Assembly (NCBI GenBank): GCA_964490745.1
Contig: CAZBDT010000001.1
Span: forward strand, 1 to 63,337
DNA length: 63,337 bases
Direction of reading: 5' to 3'
Source of the DNA: an uncultured Algimonas sp.
Lineage (GTDB): Bacteria > Pseudomonadota > Alphaproteobacteria > Caulobacterales > Maricaulaceae
Positions 29,373 through 39,859 of this stretch are shown one piece after another. The notes beneath the pieces were generated by a model that did not search any database, was not told the DNA's origin, and saw nothing but the letters and a program-made list of their open reading frames with translations. Positions within the stretch are counted from its first letter, which is position 1; every line of letters begins with the position of its first letter. Position numbers and translations under genes: made by a program.

Positions 29373-30664
29373 GACGTTGAATCCTCAATCGGATCAGGGG
29401 ACGCTTTGCGTTCAGTCCACGCCAGCAGAGTGTAGAGAATTCCGGAAAAAAGCACGGCATCCATCGCGGCGATTTTCGTGAGCGGAAGGAGATATCCTTC
29501 CGACGCCACGACGGCATAGATCGCGCCGACGGCCCAGGCTGCGAACCCTTTCCAGTTCAGCTCGCGATTATTCTCTAATGTCCGGATGTGATAGGCGGTC
29601 GGGCGAATTAATAAGGCATCAATAATCAATACACCCGCGACAGGAATGAAGATAACGGAGAGGTAGAATAAAAATGTGACAAACCCATCCAAAATATTCA
29701 AAAGCGCCGCGATCACGCCAATCGCGCCTAACCCAACTGTCAAAGACAGCGTTTTTAATTTTGGGAACGTCGCCTTTGTACTTAAAACTGCACTGTAAAG
29801 ATTGAGAGAATTTAGGACCCAGCTTCCCGATATCACGATAATAAAGGCGCCTAATCCCAAATTCATATCTAACATGATCTCCAAAACATCCGATTTTCCG
29901 GATACGGTGCCCGCCATGGCAGCCGCCCCCATGACGGCCAGCTGAACGACAACATAAGCGATTATGGACGTATAGATCGCGCCGCTCCAATGTCTCACAA
30001 AACGCGTGATATCTGGCAGGATAATCGCGCCGATAATGATGGCCCCAACGATCGCTGAAATACCATCTCCTGTTGTCATGGTCTCTGCTTTTTCAATCGC
30101 AAAAATTTCCGGAAAAGACTTTTGAGACAAGGCTGACTTTGCGAATAAAAATGTCACGACAGCCAAAACTGGAACCAGCAAGCTTGCGAGCAGATTAATG
30201 GCTTTGAATCCGATTAATGTCGTTAGGGTCATGCAGGCACTGGCAAAAATAGCCAGTCCAACTGGCGGCAGCGTTATTCCCCATATTGTTTGTCCCAAAC
30301 CGGCCACAGCCTCCATAAACAAGTTAATGTTGACACCGAACCAACCCAGCAATGAAATGGCAAATGCAATATTGACAAAGGCCGCCCCTTTATCCCCAAA
30401 TGCGATACGAACTAAGAGGTAAGAGCTAAGTCGAGATTTTGCGCCGATGATACCCGTAATGGCTCCAATAGTGAAAATTATAATTGATCCCCAAAATATG
30501 GCCCAAGCCGTATTCGCAGCATTCAGCTCAGCGCCAACCTCTAAGCCCGTGACGAAAGTGGGAAGCGAGAAAGCCACCATGGCGGCAACGGCAGCAACGC
30601 GTGGCCAAGAAACCAGTTGTTTTTCATTTATGGCAATGACTGAAAATTCGCTGGTATCGTCCAA
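29369..30664 (-). CDS. Cytosine/purine permease (NCS1, CodB-like)
   Basis: About 12 TM segments; GWFGV, PDITRF and NSLNLYS motifs; TTG start. Confidence 0.88.
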   Translation of the reverse strand: MDDTSEFSVIAINEKQLVSWPRVAAVAAMVAFSLPTFVTGLEVGAELNAANTAWAIFWGSIIIFTIGAITGIIGAKSRLSSYLLVRIAFGDKGAAFVNIAFAISLLGWFGVNINLFMEAVAGLGQTIWGITLPPVGLAIFASACMTLTTLIGFKAINLLASLLVPVLAVVTFLFAKSALSQKSFPEIFAIEKAETMTTGDGISAIVGAIIIGAIILPDITRFVRHWSGAIYTSIIAYVVVQLAVMGAAAMAGTVSGKSDVLEIMLDMNLGLGAFIIVISGSWVLNSLNLYSAVLSTKATFPKLKTLSLTVGLGAIGVIAALLNILDGFVTFLFYLSVIFIPVAGVLIIDALLIRPTAYHIRTLENNRELNWKGFAAWAVGAIYAVVASEGYLLPLTKIAAMDAVLFSGILYTLLAWTERKASPDPIEDSTS

Positions 30665-30800
30665 AACCTATTTCCCCTGTTTCGGATGTGCTAACGCATT
30701 TTCAGCAAAATTATTATTCGAATCTATATGCCTATAGGCGTGATAATTTTGTGATTGCAGCCAATTCAAAATCCCCTTTATAAAATATAGAGGAGATGCC

Positions 30801-31301
30801 GTGTCAAAAACTCAGAAAATGCTAAAGCTGGATGCGATCAATAAAAAGATTTTGTCGATTACCCACCTTAATGCCGATATTTCCAATCAGGACTTAGCTG
30901 AAAAAGTTGGATTGTCACCCAGTGCCTGTTTCCAGCGTATGAAGGCCCTCAAGGAAGCCGGTTATTTTGTGAGTTTTCATACGGAGCTCGACTTAGACCG
31001 CATGGTCGAGCATATCTTGGCTTATGTTGAGTTCACTCTAGAAAATAATAGCCTACAATCTCGAAAAAAATTCGAAGCCGCCATCGAAGAGATTCCGGAA
31101 TTTATGGATTGTCTGAGGATAACAGGTGATGCTGACTATATTAGTTTCACATGTAGTTCCAATACGCAAAACCTGAACACAATCATTGATGAGCTAAGCG
31201 GACGCCTAGAGTTAGGGATCAAAACCGTGAAGACAAGAATAATTCTAGAGCGTTCCAAATGGTATTTAGGATACCCGTTAGAACAGTTGAAATGGTTATA
31301 A
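30801..31301 (+). CDS. Lrp/AsnC-family regulator
   Basis: LDAINKKIL...SNQDLAEKVGLSPSACFQRMKAL and ITGDADY motifs. Confidence 0.92.
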   Translation: MSKTQKMLKLDAINKKILSITHLNADISNQDLAEKVGLSPSACFQRMKALKEAGYFVSFHTELDLDRMVEHILAYVEFTLENNSLQSRKKFEAAIEEIPEFMDCLRITGDADYISFTCSSNTQNLNTIIDELSGRLELGIKTVKTRIILERSKWYLGYPLEQLKWL

Positions 31302-31515
31302 ATCGCATCTCGTTCTAATGCCTCACTAAATTGTGGAGACAAAATATCAGCTTGACATGAGCCGCCTTGAGATGAGGAAAATTCATTTAACAAGGCGCAG
31401 CGCGCTGCAATGCCCGAATCCTATCATAGTGACAATTTTTGGGCAGTCTTTAAAATTCAAAGATTGAAGCCGTTAAAAATTTGCCTCAAGCGTTACATCT
31501 CTATACGCCTTAATC

Positions 31516-32928
31516 ATGGGCAAAAATGATATAAACACTTATGAGACTAAACGCCTTGTCGCTGTTTCTAATCGCACAGCAATTGACCCTAACTCTCGGG
31601 CAGGTGGACTCGCCGTGGCCCTGTGGGACAGTTTACAAGCCGGGCAAGGCTTATGGGTTGGGTGGAGCGGTAAAATCAGAGATTATGCCAATCGCAAAGC
31701 ATGGCTCGCATCCGATGACGGTGTTGATTTTGCACTCTGCGATTTTCGCAAATCGCAATATGAAGGTTTTTATCTGAATTATTGTAACAGCATACTCTGG
31801 CCGCTATTTCATAATCGGCTTGATCTCGTCAATTTCGAAACGCATGATTTTGCTCCTTATCTCGATGTGAATCGTCAATTTGCTTATGCCGTCATGGAAA
31901 ATGCTAAGCCGAACGATTTCATCTGGGTCCATGATTATCATTTCTTTCTGCTCGCACATGAATTGCGGCAGGAGGACTGGACAGGCGAGATAGGCTTCTT
32001 CCTGCATATTCCTTTCCCTGCGCCAGACGTTTTTCGGGCCTTGCCAGAGTCCGATATTATCGGGCGTGCGCTATGTGATTTCAATATTATTGGCCTGCAA
32101 AGTCAGACCGATGTGACTAACTTGAAACGTTATCTGCGCGAGGATCACGGCGCAAAAATAGTGGGTGATGAAGATTTAGAAATTTATGGTCGAACTGTTA
32201 CAATTCGCCATTGTCCCATAGGCATTGACATCAACAGCTTTCGCGCCGAAGCGAAAAGTAAACCTGCAAAAAAAGCGCGCAAGAAGCTCCGCCGGTTTCA
32301 GTCTAATCGTAAATTGATCATCGGGGTTGATCGGATGGATTATTCAAAAGGTCTACCACAGCGATTTGAAGCTGTGTCCCGCCTATTTGATGATTTTCCG
32401 GATACACATGGTCAGACCTCTTTTATGCAAATCGCACCGCCATCGCGCAGTATTGTAGATGAATATGCCAATTTGCGAGAAACATTAGACGAGCTCTGTG
32501 GGCGGATTAATGGCGATTACGGCGATTTAGATTGGATCCCCATCCGCTATCTGGCCAGGCCCTATCCGCGCGAGGCCATTGCGGGACTTTACCGCATGGC
32601 TAATGTTTGCCTCGTTACCCCCTTACAAGACGGAATGAACCTTGTTGCGAAAGAGTTTGTCGCCGTTCAAGACGCAAAAGATCCCGGCGTGCTGATCCTT
32701 TCACAATTTGCAGGGGCCGCTGAGCAAATGACGGACGCCTTAATCGTGAACCCCTATAATACTGAATCTGTCGCGAATGCCATTCATGAAGCGCTGAATA
32801 TGCCCCTCGCAGAAAGAAAGCGCCGGTGGGAGAGCCTCTTTGAAAATGTCAAAACGCAAGATATTCACTGGTGGCGAGAACGCTTTTTCGCCCCACGCGG
32901 AACGGATAAATCGGACATAGCTGAATAA
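31516..32928 (+). CDS. otsA: Trehalose-6-phosphate synthase (GT20)
   Basis: VSNR, GGLA, WVHDYH, GFFLHIPFP, GVDRMDYSKG and DGMNLVAKE motifs. Confidence 0.95.
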   Translation: MGKNDINTYETKRLVAVSNRTAIDPNSRAGGLAVALWDSLQAGQGLWVGWSGKIRDYANRKAWLASDDGVDFALCDFRKSQYEGFYLNYCNSILWPLFHNRLDLVNFETHDFAPYLDVNRQFAYAVMENAKPNDFIWVHDYHFFLLAHELRQEDWTGEIGFFLHIPFPAPDVFRALPESDIIGRALCDFNIIGLQSQTDVTNLKRYLREDHGAKIVGDEDLEIYGRTVTIRHCPIGIDINSFRAEAKSKPAKKARKKLRRFQSNRKLIIGVDRMDYSKGLPQRFEAVSRLFDDFPDTHGQTSFMQIAPPSRSIVDEYANLRETLDELCGRINGDYGDLDWIPIRYLARPYPREAIAGLYRMANVCLVTPLQDGMNLVAKEFVAVQDAKDPGVLILSQFAGAAEQMTDALIVNPYNTESVANAIHEALNMPLAERKRRWESLFENVKTQDIHWWRERFFAPRGTDKSDIAE

Positions 32929-33654
32929 ATGACGCTCCCTATTCCCCAAGATTTTACCTATCCGGTTCATATGGCACTCTTTCTGGATTTTGATGGCACT
33001 TTGGCAGGCTTTAAGGATGATCCAGATGCCGTTCACCTGAGTTTAGATCAAAAGACCTTATTAATGGCCTTGAGTGACAAGCTGGACGGAGCGCTAGCCT
33101 TGATCAGCGGACGGGACCTGCGAGATTTGTCCAAACGGGTGCCCCAAACACTCTGGCGGCTCGGTAATCATGGTCTGTTCAAAGCAGGACCAAATGAGCC
33201 TGCCCCCGAGACTTTCGCTGAATTCCCGACGGACCTCCTGAGCTTAATTGACGCAAGCCTATCTGAAATTACAGGCACACGCATTGAGCGCAAAGGGCCC
33301 GTCATCGCCATTCATCACCGGGCAAATCCAGCTGCTGGGAAACTAATCTTTGAGGCAATATCGGCCCACCTTCCCCACAGTGGCAAATATCTTGTGCAAA
33401 CGGGTCACTGCGTCGTCGAGCTCAAACCGCGCGGCGCAAATAAAGGAAAAGCCCTCACCGCGCAGATGCAACACGCAGCATTTCAGGGGCGCACGCCTGT
33501 TATGATAGGGGATGACACCACAGATGAGGATGGTTTCATCGCCTGCACAAAATTGGGAGGTTTTGGCATAAAAATGGGTGACGGTCCAACAGAAGCGGCT
33601 TACCGCATTGGCGATATACCTACCCTTTACACCTATCTAGAGAGACTGCTGTGA
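32929..33654 (+). CDS. otsB: Trehalose-6-phosphate phosphatase
   Basis: FLDFDGTL, ISGR, NKG and GDDTTDEDGF HAD motifs. Confidence 0.95.
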   Translation: MTLPIPQDFTYPVHMALFLDFDGTLAGFKDDPDAVHLSLDQKTLLMALSDKLDGALALISGRDLRDLSKRVPQTLWRLGNHGLFKAGPNEPAPETFAEFPTDLLSLIDASLSEITGTRIERKGPVIAIHHRANPAAGKLIFEAISAHLPHSGKYLVQTGHCVVELKPRGANKGKALTAQMQHAAFQGRTPVMIGDDTTDEDGFIACTKLGGFGIKMGDGPTEAAYRIGDIPTLYTYLERLL

Positions 33655-35420
33655 GTAATCTGAACCTTGGCATTATTGGCAATAGCACAATTGCCGCCTG
33701 TATTGATCAAGATGCACAAATCAATTGGCTCTGTTTGCCAAAACTTGATGGGGAACCAATTTTTGATTCACTTTTGGGTGGGGAGGGTCGTTTTGGTATC
33801 CACATGGAAGATAGGGCTTCGACAGAACAATCTTATGAGCCCAATACAGCCATTCTGCGGACGCGGCTCACTGATCAGCACGGTGCGATCTTGGAAATTA
33901 TCGACTTTGCGCCCTATTTCCAAAAACGCGGGCGAAGCTTCCGCCCTGCCAGCTTTGTGCGGGAATTTAAGATCATCAAAGGGTCGCCGCGAATCTCAAT
34001 TACAGTCAATGCCCAAAGAAATTGGGGCGAAGCGGAAATCGAGCCCATACGCGGGGTCAATCACATAAGCTATGCCGCGCCGAATGGCGGTTTTCGAATC
34101 ACGACCAGCGCGCCTGTCTCTTTTGTTATGTCAGGCACAAGTTTTGTGCTGAACCGCGATGTGGCCTTCATCTGCGGCCCTGATGAAACGGTCAATGAGA
34201 ATATTGACTTCCTCGCCAGGGATTGGCGCGAGCGTACGGCAGATTACTGGCGGCGATGGACACGCAGCCTTGCTGTACCGCCCGATTGGCAAGACGCCGT
34301 CATACGCGCGGCCATCACGCTCAAACTCTGTGTCTATGAAGAAACCGGAGGTGTAGTCGCGGCGCTCACGACCTCTATCCCAGAACATGAAGGGTCTGAA
34401 CGGAATTGGGATTACCGCTATTGTTGGATTCGGGATGCCTATTTTTCCGTCACGGCACTCAACCGCCTCGCCTCTATGGAAACGCTCGAACATTATATGC
34501 GGTTTCTGCGCAGTGTCGTCGCGCAAGCCAAGGGCGGCCATATCCAACCCGTTTACGGCATTGCCTTGGAAACAGCGCTGACCGAGGGCTTCGCCGAACA
34601 TTTGCCAGGCTATCGGGGCCATGGCCCGGTGCGGTGCGGTAATCAGGCAGCGGAACATATTCAACATGATGTTTATGGCCAGATCGTCTTGGCCGCCACA
34701 CAAGCCTTTATGGATGATCGCCTGCTCAGCCAAGCAGGTCTCGCCGAATTTGAACAACTCGAGCCCGTCGGTGAGCGAGCCTTTGCCGTCCATGACACCC
34801 CCGACGCGGGGATCTGGGAATTCCGCTCCCTCGCCTATGTACATACATCTTCGGCAATTATGTGCTGGGCGGCGTGTGATCGCCTATCGAAAATCGCGGC
34901 TTATCTGAAGCTTGGGAAGAAAGTTAGCTATTGGGCTGAGCGAGCCGAGATCATTCGCAATCACATTCTGGAAAATGCCTTTAATGAAAAGCTCAATGCC
35001 TTCACGGCCAGCTATGGCGGCGAAGCGCTCGATGCCTCAGTTTTGCTCATGGCAGAGATCGGCTTTATTGATGCGAAAGACCCCCGCTATGTCGGCACGG
35101 TTGAAGCGATTGACCGCGACCTGCGAGAAGGCAACCATATTTACCGTTATAAAATGAAGGATGATTTTGGCCGCCCGAAAACGGCTTTCACGGCCTGCAC
35201 CTTCTGGCACATTGATGCGCTATACCGGATTGGCCGTGAAGAAGAGGCAAGAGAGATGTTCGAAGCCATCCTCTCACAGCGCAATCATCTTGGCCTCTTA
35301 TCTGAAGACGTCGATCCAAAAACTGATGAGCTCTGGGGTAATTACCCACAGACATACTCCATGGTCGGCATTATTAATTCAGCCAATCTGATGAGCCGCA
35401 AATGGACGGACATCGTTTAA
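33651..35420 (+). CDS. GH15 glycoside hydrolase (trehalase/glucoamylase-like)
   Basis: WDYRYCWIRD, GIWE, LLSED and GNYPQTYS motifs; 4-bp overlap with otsB. Confidence 0.92.
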   Translation: MSNLNLGIIGNSTIAACIDQDAQINWLCLPKLDGEPIFDSLLGGEGRFGIHMEDRASTEQSYEPNTAILRTRLTDQHGAILEIIDFAPYFQKRGRSFRPASFVREFKIIKGSPRISITVNAQRNWGEAEIEPIRGVNHISYAAPNGGFRITTSAPVSFVMSGTSFVLNRDVAFICGPDETVNENIDFLARDWRERTADYWRRWTRSLAVPPDWQDAVIRAAITLKLCVYEETGGVVAALTTSIPEHEGSERNWDYRYCWIRDAYFSVTALNRLASMETLEHYMRFLRSVVAQAKGGHIQPVYGIALETALTEGFAEHLPGYRGHGPVRCGNQAAEHIQHDVYGQIVLAATQAFMDDRLLSQAGLAEFEQLEPVGERAFAVHDTPDAGIWEFRSLAYVHTSSAIMCWAACDRLSKIAAYLKLGKKVSYWAERAEIIRNHILENAFNEKLNAFTASYGGEALDASVLLMAEIGFIDAKDPRYVGTVEAIDRDLREGNHIYRYKMKDDFGRPKTAFTACTFWHIDALYRIGREEEAREMFEAILSQRNHLGLLSEDVDPKTDELWGNYPQTYSMVGIINSANLMSRKWTDIV

Positions 35421-35507
35421 ACATCGCACCCATAAATAACATCTAAGACCTGTCGCATCACGTCCCTATATTTCAAATCGTTTAATCTGGGATTCAATTT
35501 ACGCGGA

Positions 35508-38500
35508 CTACTCTGCTGGGGCAGGGATCGGATTATATTCACCCGGTTTGTCCCTATCCGGTTTATCTTCGGCCTCAGATTTCAGACGCCGAGCAACATC
35601 CTGAGGCGAGCCCGAGCCACGCGCGATCAGGGCGTAAGCTGTTGGTACAAAAAGGACGCAAACTATGGCGGCCGCAATGACGCCGAATAAGATAACCACG
35701 CCGATGGCGGCCCGTGTCTCTGAACCCGCACCACTTGAAATGAGCAGCGGCACAGCGCCCGCAGCGGTCGTAAGCCCTGTCATCACGATAGGTCGGAAAC
35801 GTGTCATAGCAGACGTTTTGATGGCCTCGTCAAAATCCATGCCATCATCTCTTAGCTGATTGGCAAATTCGACAATTAAAATACCGTTCTTTGCAGCCAG
35901 TCCAATCAACATAATAAGCCCGATTTGGGTGTAAATATTGAGCGAATTACCCGTAAGCCAAAGTCCCAATAGCCCACCCGCAACTGTTGCTGGTACCGTC
36001 AGGATTATAATGAGCGGGTGTCTATAGCTTTCAAATTGTGCCGCGAGAACAAGGAAGACAATCACAAGCCCGGTAGCAAACACAAATATAATCGAGCTGC
36101 CCGACGTTTTAAAATCAAGCGACTGGCCTTTGAAATCGATGGAGGCTTCTTGCGGCAGAACCTCTCTTGCCCTCGCTTGCATCGCATCCAAGACATCCCC
36201 CAGTGCCGCGCCATCCGCCAATCCCGCTTCAATTGTAATGGCCCGCACACGGTTATATCGATTAAGCGACGCACTATCGGCGCTCGGCGAGATGCTGACC
36301 AAGTTAGATAAAGGAATCAGCCTACCGGAACGGTCAGACCGCACATAGATATTCGACACATCATTGGGATTGTTCTGCTCGTTTCGCAGACCTTCCAAAA
36401 TGATATCATATTCCTCACCCTTCTCAATAAAGGTCGTCACGCGGCGTCCACCGAGCATGGTTTGTAATGTCCGACCAATATCATCGACCGTGACACCTAA
36501 ATCGGCCGCGCGGGTATAATTAATCTCAATGCGATATTGCGGCTGGGTCTCTTTATAATCCCAATCAATATCGACAAGACCCGGATTATCCGCTTCTAAA
36601 GCTTCAACGAAGATATCACGCCACTCCGTCAGAATCTCATAAGACGGCCCTCCCAAGACAAATTGGACCGGTTTACCCGTCCCGCCGCCGAGACCTTGAC
36701 GCATGCGTGCAAAAGCCCGGATGCCGGGAAGATCAGAGAGCTTTCCATTAATCTCTCCAATAATTTCATCTGCGGGACGACGCTGACTCCAATCATTCAG
36801 GACGACAATTACAAAGCCGCCATTGAAGGAATTTCCGCCAAATCCCGGTGCACGAATGAGAAGCCGGTTCACCTCTTCCGGTTGACCATTTTGACTCTCT
36901 GTGTAGGGCAGCAGTCTTCTTTCTATCTCATCCATATAGCGTTCCATATAGGCGTAAGAGGCCCCTTCCGGACCGCGTACTCCGACAAAGAATGCCCCAC
37001 GATCTTCGATCGGCACATATTCTTGTTGAATATTATTCACGCCATAGACAGCGCCGCCAAGCAGGCCGACGAGTACAAGCCCCACGAGAATGGGGCGTTT
37101 CAGCAGGCGATCAATCACCCATCCATATCCAACTAAAACTTTTGCAAAGACACGGTCAACAGCTCGCGGAAGAGCCATCAAAATCGACTGACTATTTCGG
37201 CTCTTCATTTTGATAAGTTTCGAGGCCAACATAGGTGTTAAGGTCAAGGCCAATAGGCTAGAGAATAAAACTGCGGCCGCAATCGTAAGCGCGAATTCCC
37301 TAAATAATCGTCCGACATCGCCTTCTAAAAATGTTATCGGAATAAAGACAGCGATGAGGACCAAGGTTGTTGCAACAACAGCAAACCCAACTTGGCGCGT
37401 GCCGCGATAAGCGGCCACAAGCGGCGTTTCCTCATATTCATTGATACGGCGGACGATATTTTCCAGCACGACAATCGCATCATCGACGACCAGTCCAATC
37501 GCAAGAACGAGAGCCAATAGCGTCAAGAGATTAATCGAGAGGCCAAGCGCGAAAAGTATAATAAATGTCGCCGTCAGTGATATTGGGACAGTAATTGCGG
37601 GGATGAGTGTCGCGCGCAAGCTGCCGAGGAATAAGAAGATAACAAGCGTCACGAGGCCGACCGCAATGGCGAGAGTCGTGTAAACTTCTTTGATTGATGC
37701 TGATATAAAAACCGAACTATCAAAGCTCCGCTCTATAGAAAGCCCGTCCGGCAGCGTTTCATTCAAACGGTCTGCTAATGCGCGTGCTCCCTCAGAGACG
37801 TCAACCGTATTCGCGGTTGATTGTTTAATAACGCCAAGGCCAACCATTGGAATGCCATTGCCGCGAAACATATTTCTGTCTTCTTCTGTGCCGCGCTCGA
37901 CCCGTGCAACGTCGCCTAAGCGAACGAGGTAATCGCCATCACCTTCAGCAATAACCAGGCCCGCAAATTGCTCAGCACTCCGGAAAGCCCGATTGAGCCG
38001 GAGCGTGTAAATCCGTTTGTTCGACTCCAGTGTTCCGGCTGGCGCTTCAATATTCTCACGCCGTAGCGCATTTTCAATATCATTTACGGTCAAATTGCGG
38101 GCCGCCAATTTTCGGCGATCAATCCAGACCCGCAATGCGTAATTTCGCGATCCACTCACCCGAATACGCGCGACGCCGTCGACAGCGGAGAACCGATCAA
38201 CAAGATAGCGTTCAGCATAATCTGACAACTCTGGCACGGTCATATTTTCGCCTGCCAAATTCAGCCACATAATGACATCATCATTACTATCGGCCTTCTC
38301 AACTTCCGGCGGCTCGGCTTCTTCGGGTAGATTGTCGAGCACGCCCGAAATCCGGTCACGAATATCATTGGCAGCCGCGTCAATATCTTGGTCAATACCA
38401 AATTCAATGCTGATGCGTGATCGTCCGTCCGAACTCGTAGAATTCATGAAACGAATGCCTTCAACCCCAGCTATGCGGTCTTCGATAATTTGTGTGATCC

Positions 38501-38684
38501 GCGTTTCGACAATGGACGCCGACGCGCCGGGATAGCGCGTGTCGATTGTTACGATGGGCGCATCAATATCCGGATATTCCCGCAAGGAGAGCCTATCAAA
38601 AGCAATGATGCCAAAGATCACCAGAATAAGTGAAATGACCGATGCAAAGACCGGTCGTTTGACAGAAATATCCGAAAGGATCAT
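35508..38684 (-). CDS. RND efflux transporter permease (AcrB/D/F family)
   Basis: RPVFA, GLVVDDAIVVLEN, AKNGILIVEFA and RFRPIVMT motifs. Confidence 0.95.
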   Translation of the reverse strand: MILSDISVKRPVFASVISLILVIFGIIAFDRLSLREYPDIDAPIVTIDTRYPGASASIVETRITQIIEDRIAGVEGIRFMNSTSSDGRSRISIEFGIDQDIDAAANDIRDRISGVLDNLPEEAEPPEVEKADSNDDVIMWLNLAGENMTVPELSDYAERYLVDRFSAVDGVARIRVSGSRNYALRVWIDRRKLAARNLTVNDIENALRRENIEAPAGTLESNKRIYTLRLNRAFRSAEQFAGLVIAEGDGDYLVRLGDVARVERGTEEDRNMFRGNGIPMVGLGVIKQSTANTVDVSEGARALADRLNETLPDGLSIERSFDSSVFISASIKEVYTTLAIAVGLVTLVIFLFLGSLRATLIPAITVPISLTATFIILFALGLSINLLTLLALVLAIGLVVDDAIVVLENIVRRINEYEETPLVAAYRGTRQVGFAVVATTLVLIAVFIPITFLEGDVGRLFREFALTIAAAVLFSSLLALTLTPMLASKLIKMKSRNSQSILMALPRAVDRVFAKVLVGYGWVIDRLLKRPILVGLVLVGLLGGAVYGVNNIQQEYVPIEDRGAFFVGVRGPEGASYAYMERYMDEIERRLLPYTESQNGQPEEVNRLLIRAPGFGGNSFNGGFVIVVLNDWSQRRPADEIIGEINGKLSDLPGIRAFARMRQGLGGGTGKPVQFVLGGPSYEILTEWRDIFVEALEADNPGLVDIDWDYKETQPQYRIEINYTRAADLGVTVDDIGRTLQTMLGGRRVTTFIEKGEEYDIILEGLRNEQNNPNDVSNIYVRSDRSGRLIPLSNLVSISPSADSASLNRYNRVRAITIEAGLADGAALGDVLDAMQARAREVLPQEASIDFKGQSLDFKTSGSSIIFVFATGLVIVFLVLAAQFESYRHPLIIILTVPATVAGGLLGLWLTGNSLNIYTQIGLIMLIGLAAKNGILIVEFANQLRDDGMDFDEAIKTSAMTRFRPIVMTGLTTAAGAVPLLISSGAGSETRAAIGVVILFGVIAAAIVCVLFVPTAYALIARGSGSPQDVARRLKSEAEDKPDRDKPGEYNPIPAPAE

Positions 38685-38695
38685 AGCGACTTTCC

Positions 38696-39811
38696 CTACG
38701 GATTTCTGGCGGTGGATGTACCGAAGCCGGCTGTGCGATCATTTTTTGGTGTCTCAGTCTTTCGCCCTGACGGGCTCAGCAGGGACTTGCTCTCAATTTT
38801 AATTTCGCTCCCATCTCGGACGCGGATCACACCTTCTGAAATTATTCTATCATTTGCATTCAGACCGGAAACAACCTCGATCAAGCCCTTTTCTAATGCA
38901 CCGAGCTCCACTTCCGTTCGGTTGGCCGTGATTGCTCCATCCGTCTCATCAACTTTGAAAACGAATGTTTTAGGGCCGATAGGCTGGACGGCCTCTTCCG
39001 GGATCGCAAGGCTGGTCCGCGGGTCGGCTGTCAGGACAATTTCCATAAACATGCCAGATATCAAAACGCGGTCAGGGTTTGGTAAAGTCGCGCGGACCCT
39101 GATCGACCGAGAGACGGGGTCAATCGCGTTGTCAATCGTCGCAATTTCGCCATCAAACGTCATGCCTGGCAGGTCATCAGTCCGCGCAACGATCTTTGTT
39201 CCCGGTTTTAATGAGCGTAAGAATGTAGAGGGGACGGCAAATTCAAGGTTCATTTCACTATCATCAATGAGCCGGGCCACGGGGTCACCGGGACGCACAA
39301 AAGATCCGACACTAACCTGACGAAATCCTAAAACGCCGTCAAAGGGGGCTACCAAAACACGGTCTTTTTGCCGAGACTGAACAGCCCGTAATTGGGCATT
39401 CGCTGCGTTCACATTGCGTTTGGCCTCATCCAACTCCGCTTGAGACACGGCCTTGCGGGCGACCAAACGTTCGATCCGTTCTAATTGTTGCGCGGCTTCC
39501 GCGGCGGTCGCATCCGCAGCTTCCGTCAAAGCGATTTGTTCTCTTTGCGCAAGAGACAAAAGCGTTTTACCTTTGCGCACGCGTTGACCATCATCGAAGT
39601 AAAGCGATTGCACGCGATCTGCTGTATTTAGCGTGAGGTCGACAACCTCTTTTGGTTCCAACGTGCCAAGGGCTTCTATACGAATTGAAAATTCCCGTTC
39701 AATAACGGGTTCTACGAAAACACTAGCTGGGCCGCGTTGTGCATGTGCAAATTGAGACAGCGCAATCATGGCTGTCATCACGAAAAAGCAGAAGAAAAAT
39801 CTAAAAGTCAT
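38696..39811 (-). CDS. RND periplasmic adaptor (MFP)
   Basis: GQRVRKG, APFDGVLG, IDPVSRSIRVRA and GLNANDRII motifs. Confidence 0.93.
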   Translation of the reverse strand: MTFRFFFCFFVMTAMIALSQFAHAQRGPASVFVEPVIEREFSIRIEALGTLEPKEVVDLTLNTADRVQSLYFDDGQRVRKGKTLLSLAQREQIALTEAADATAAEAAQQLERIERLVARKAVSQAELDEAKRNVNAANAQLRAVQSRQKDRVLVAPFDGVLGFRQVSVGSFVRPGDPVARLIDDSEMNLEFAVPSTFLRSLKPGTKIVARTDDLPGMTFDGEIATIDNAIDPVSRSIRVRATLPNPDRVLISGMFMEIVLTADPRTSLAIPEEAVQPIGPKTFVFKVDETDGAITANRTEVELGALEKGLIEVVSGLNANDRIISEGVIRVRDGSEIKIESKSLLSPSGRKTETPKNDRTAGFGTSTARNP

Positions 39812-39859
39812 ATTCTCTCACACTGGTGCCTGTAAAGGCGATCCTTAAAATAGGCAGAC

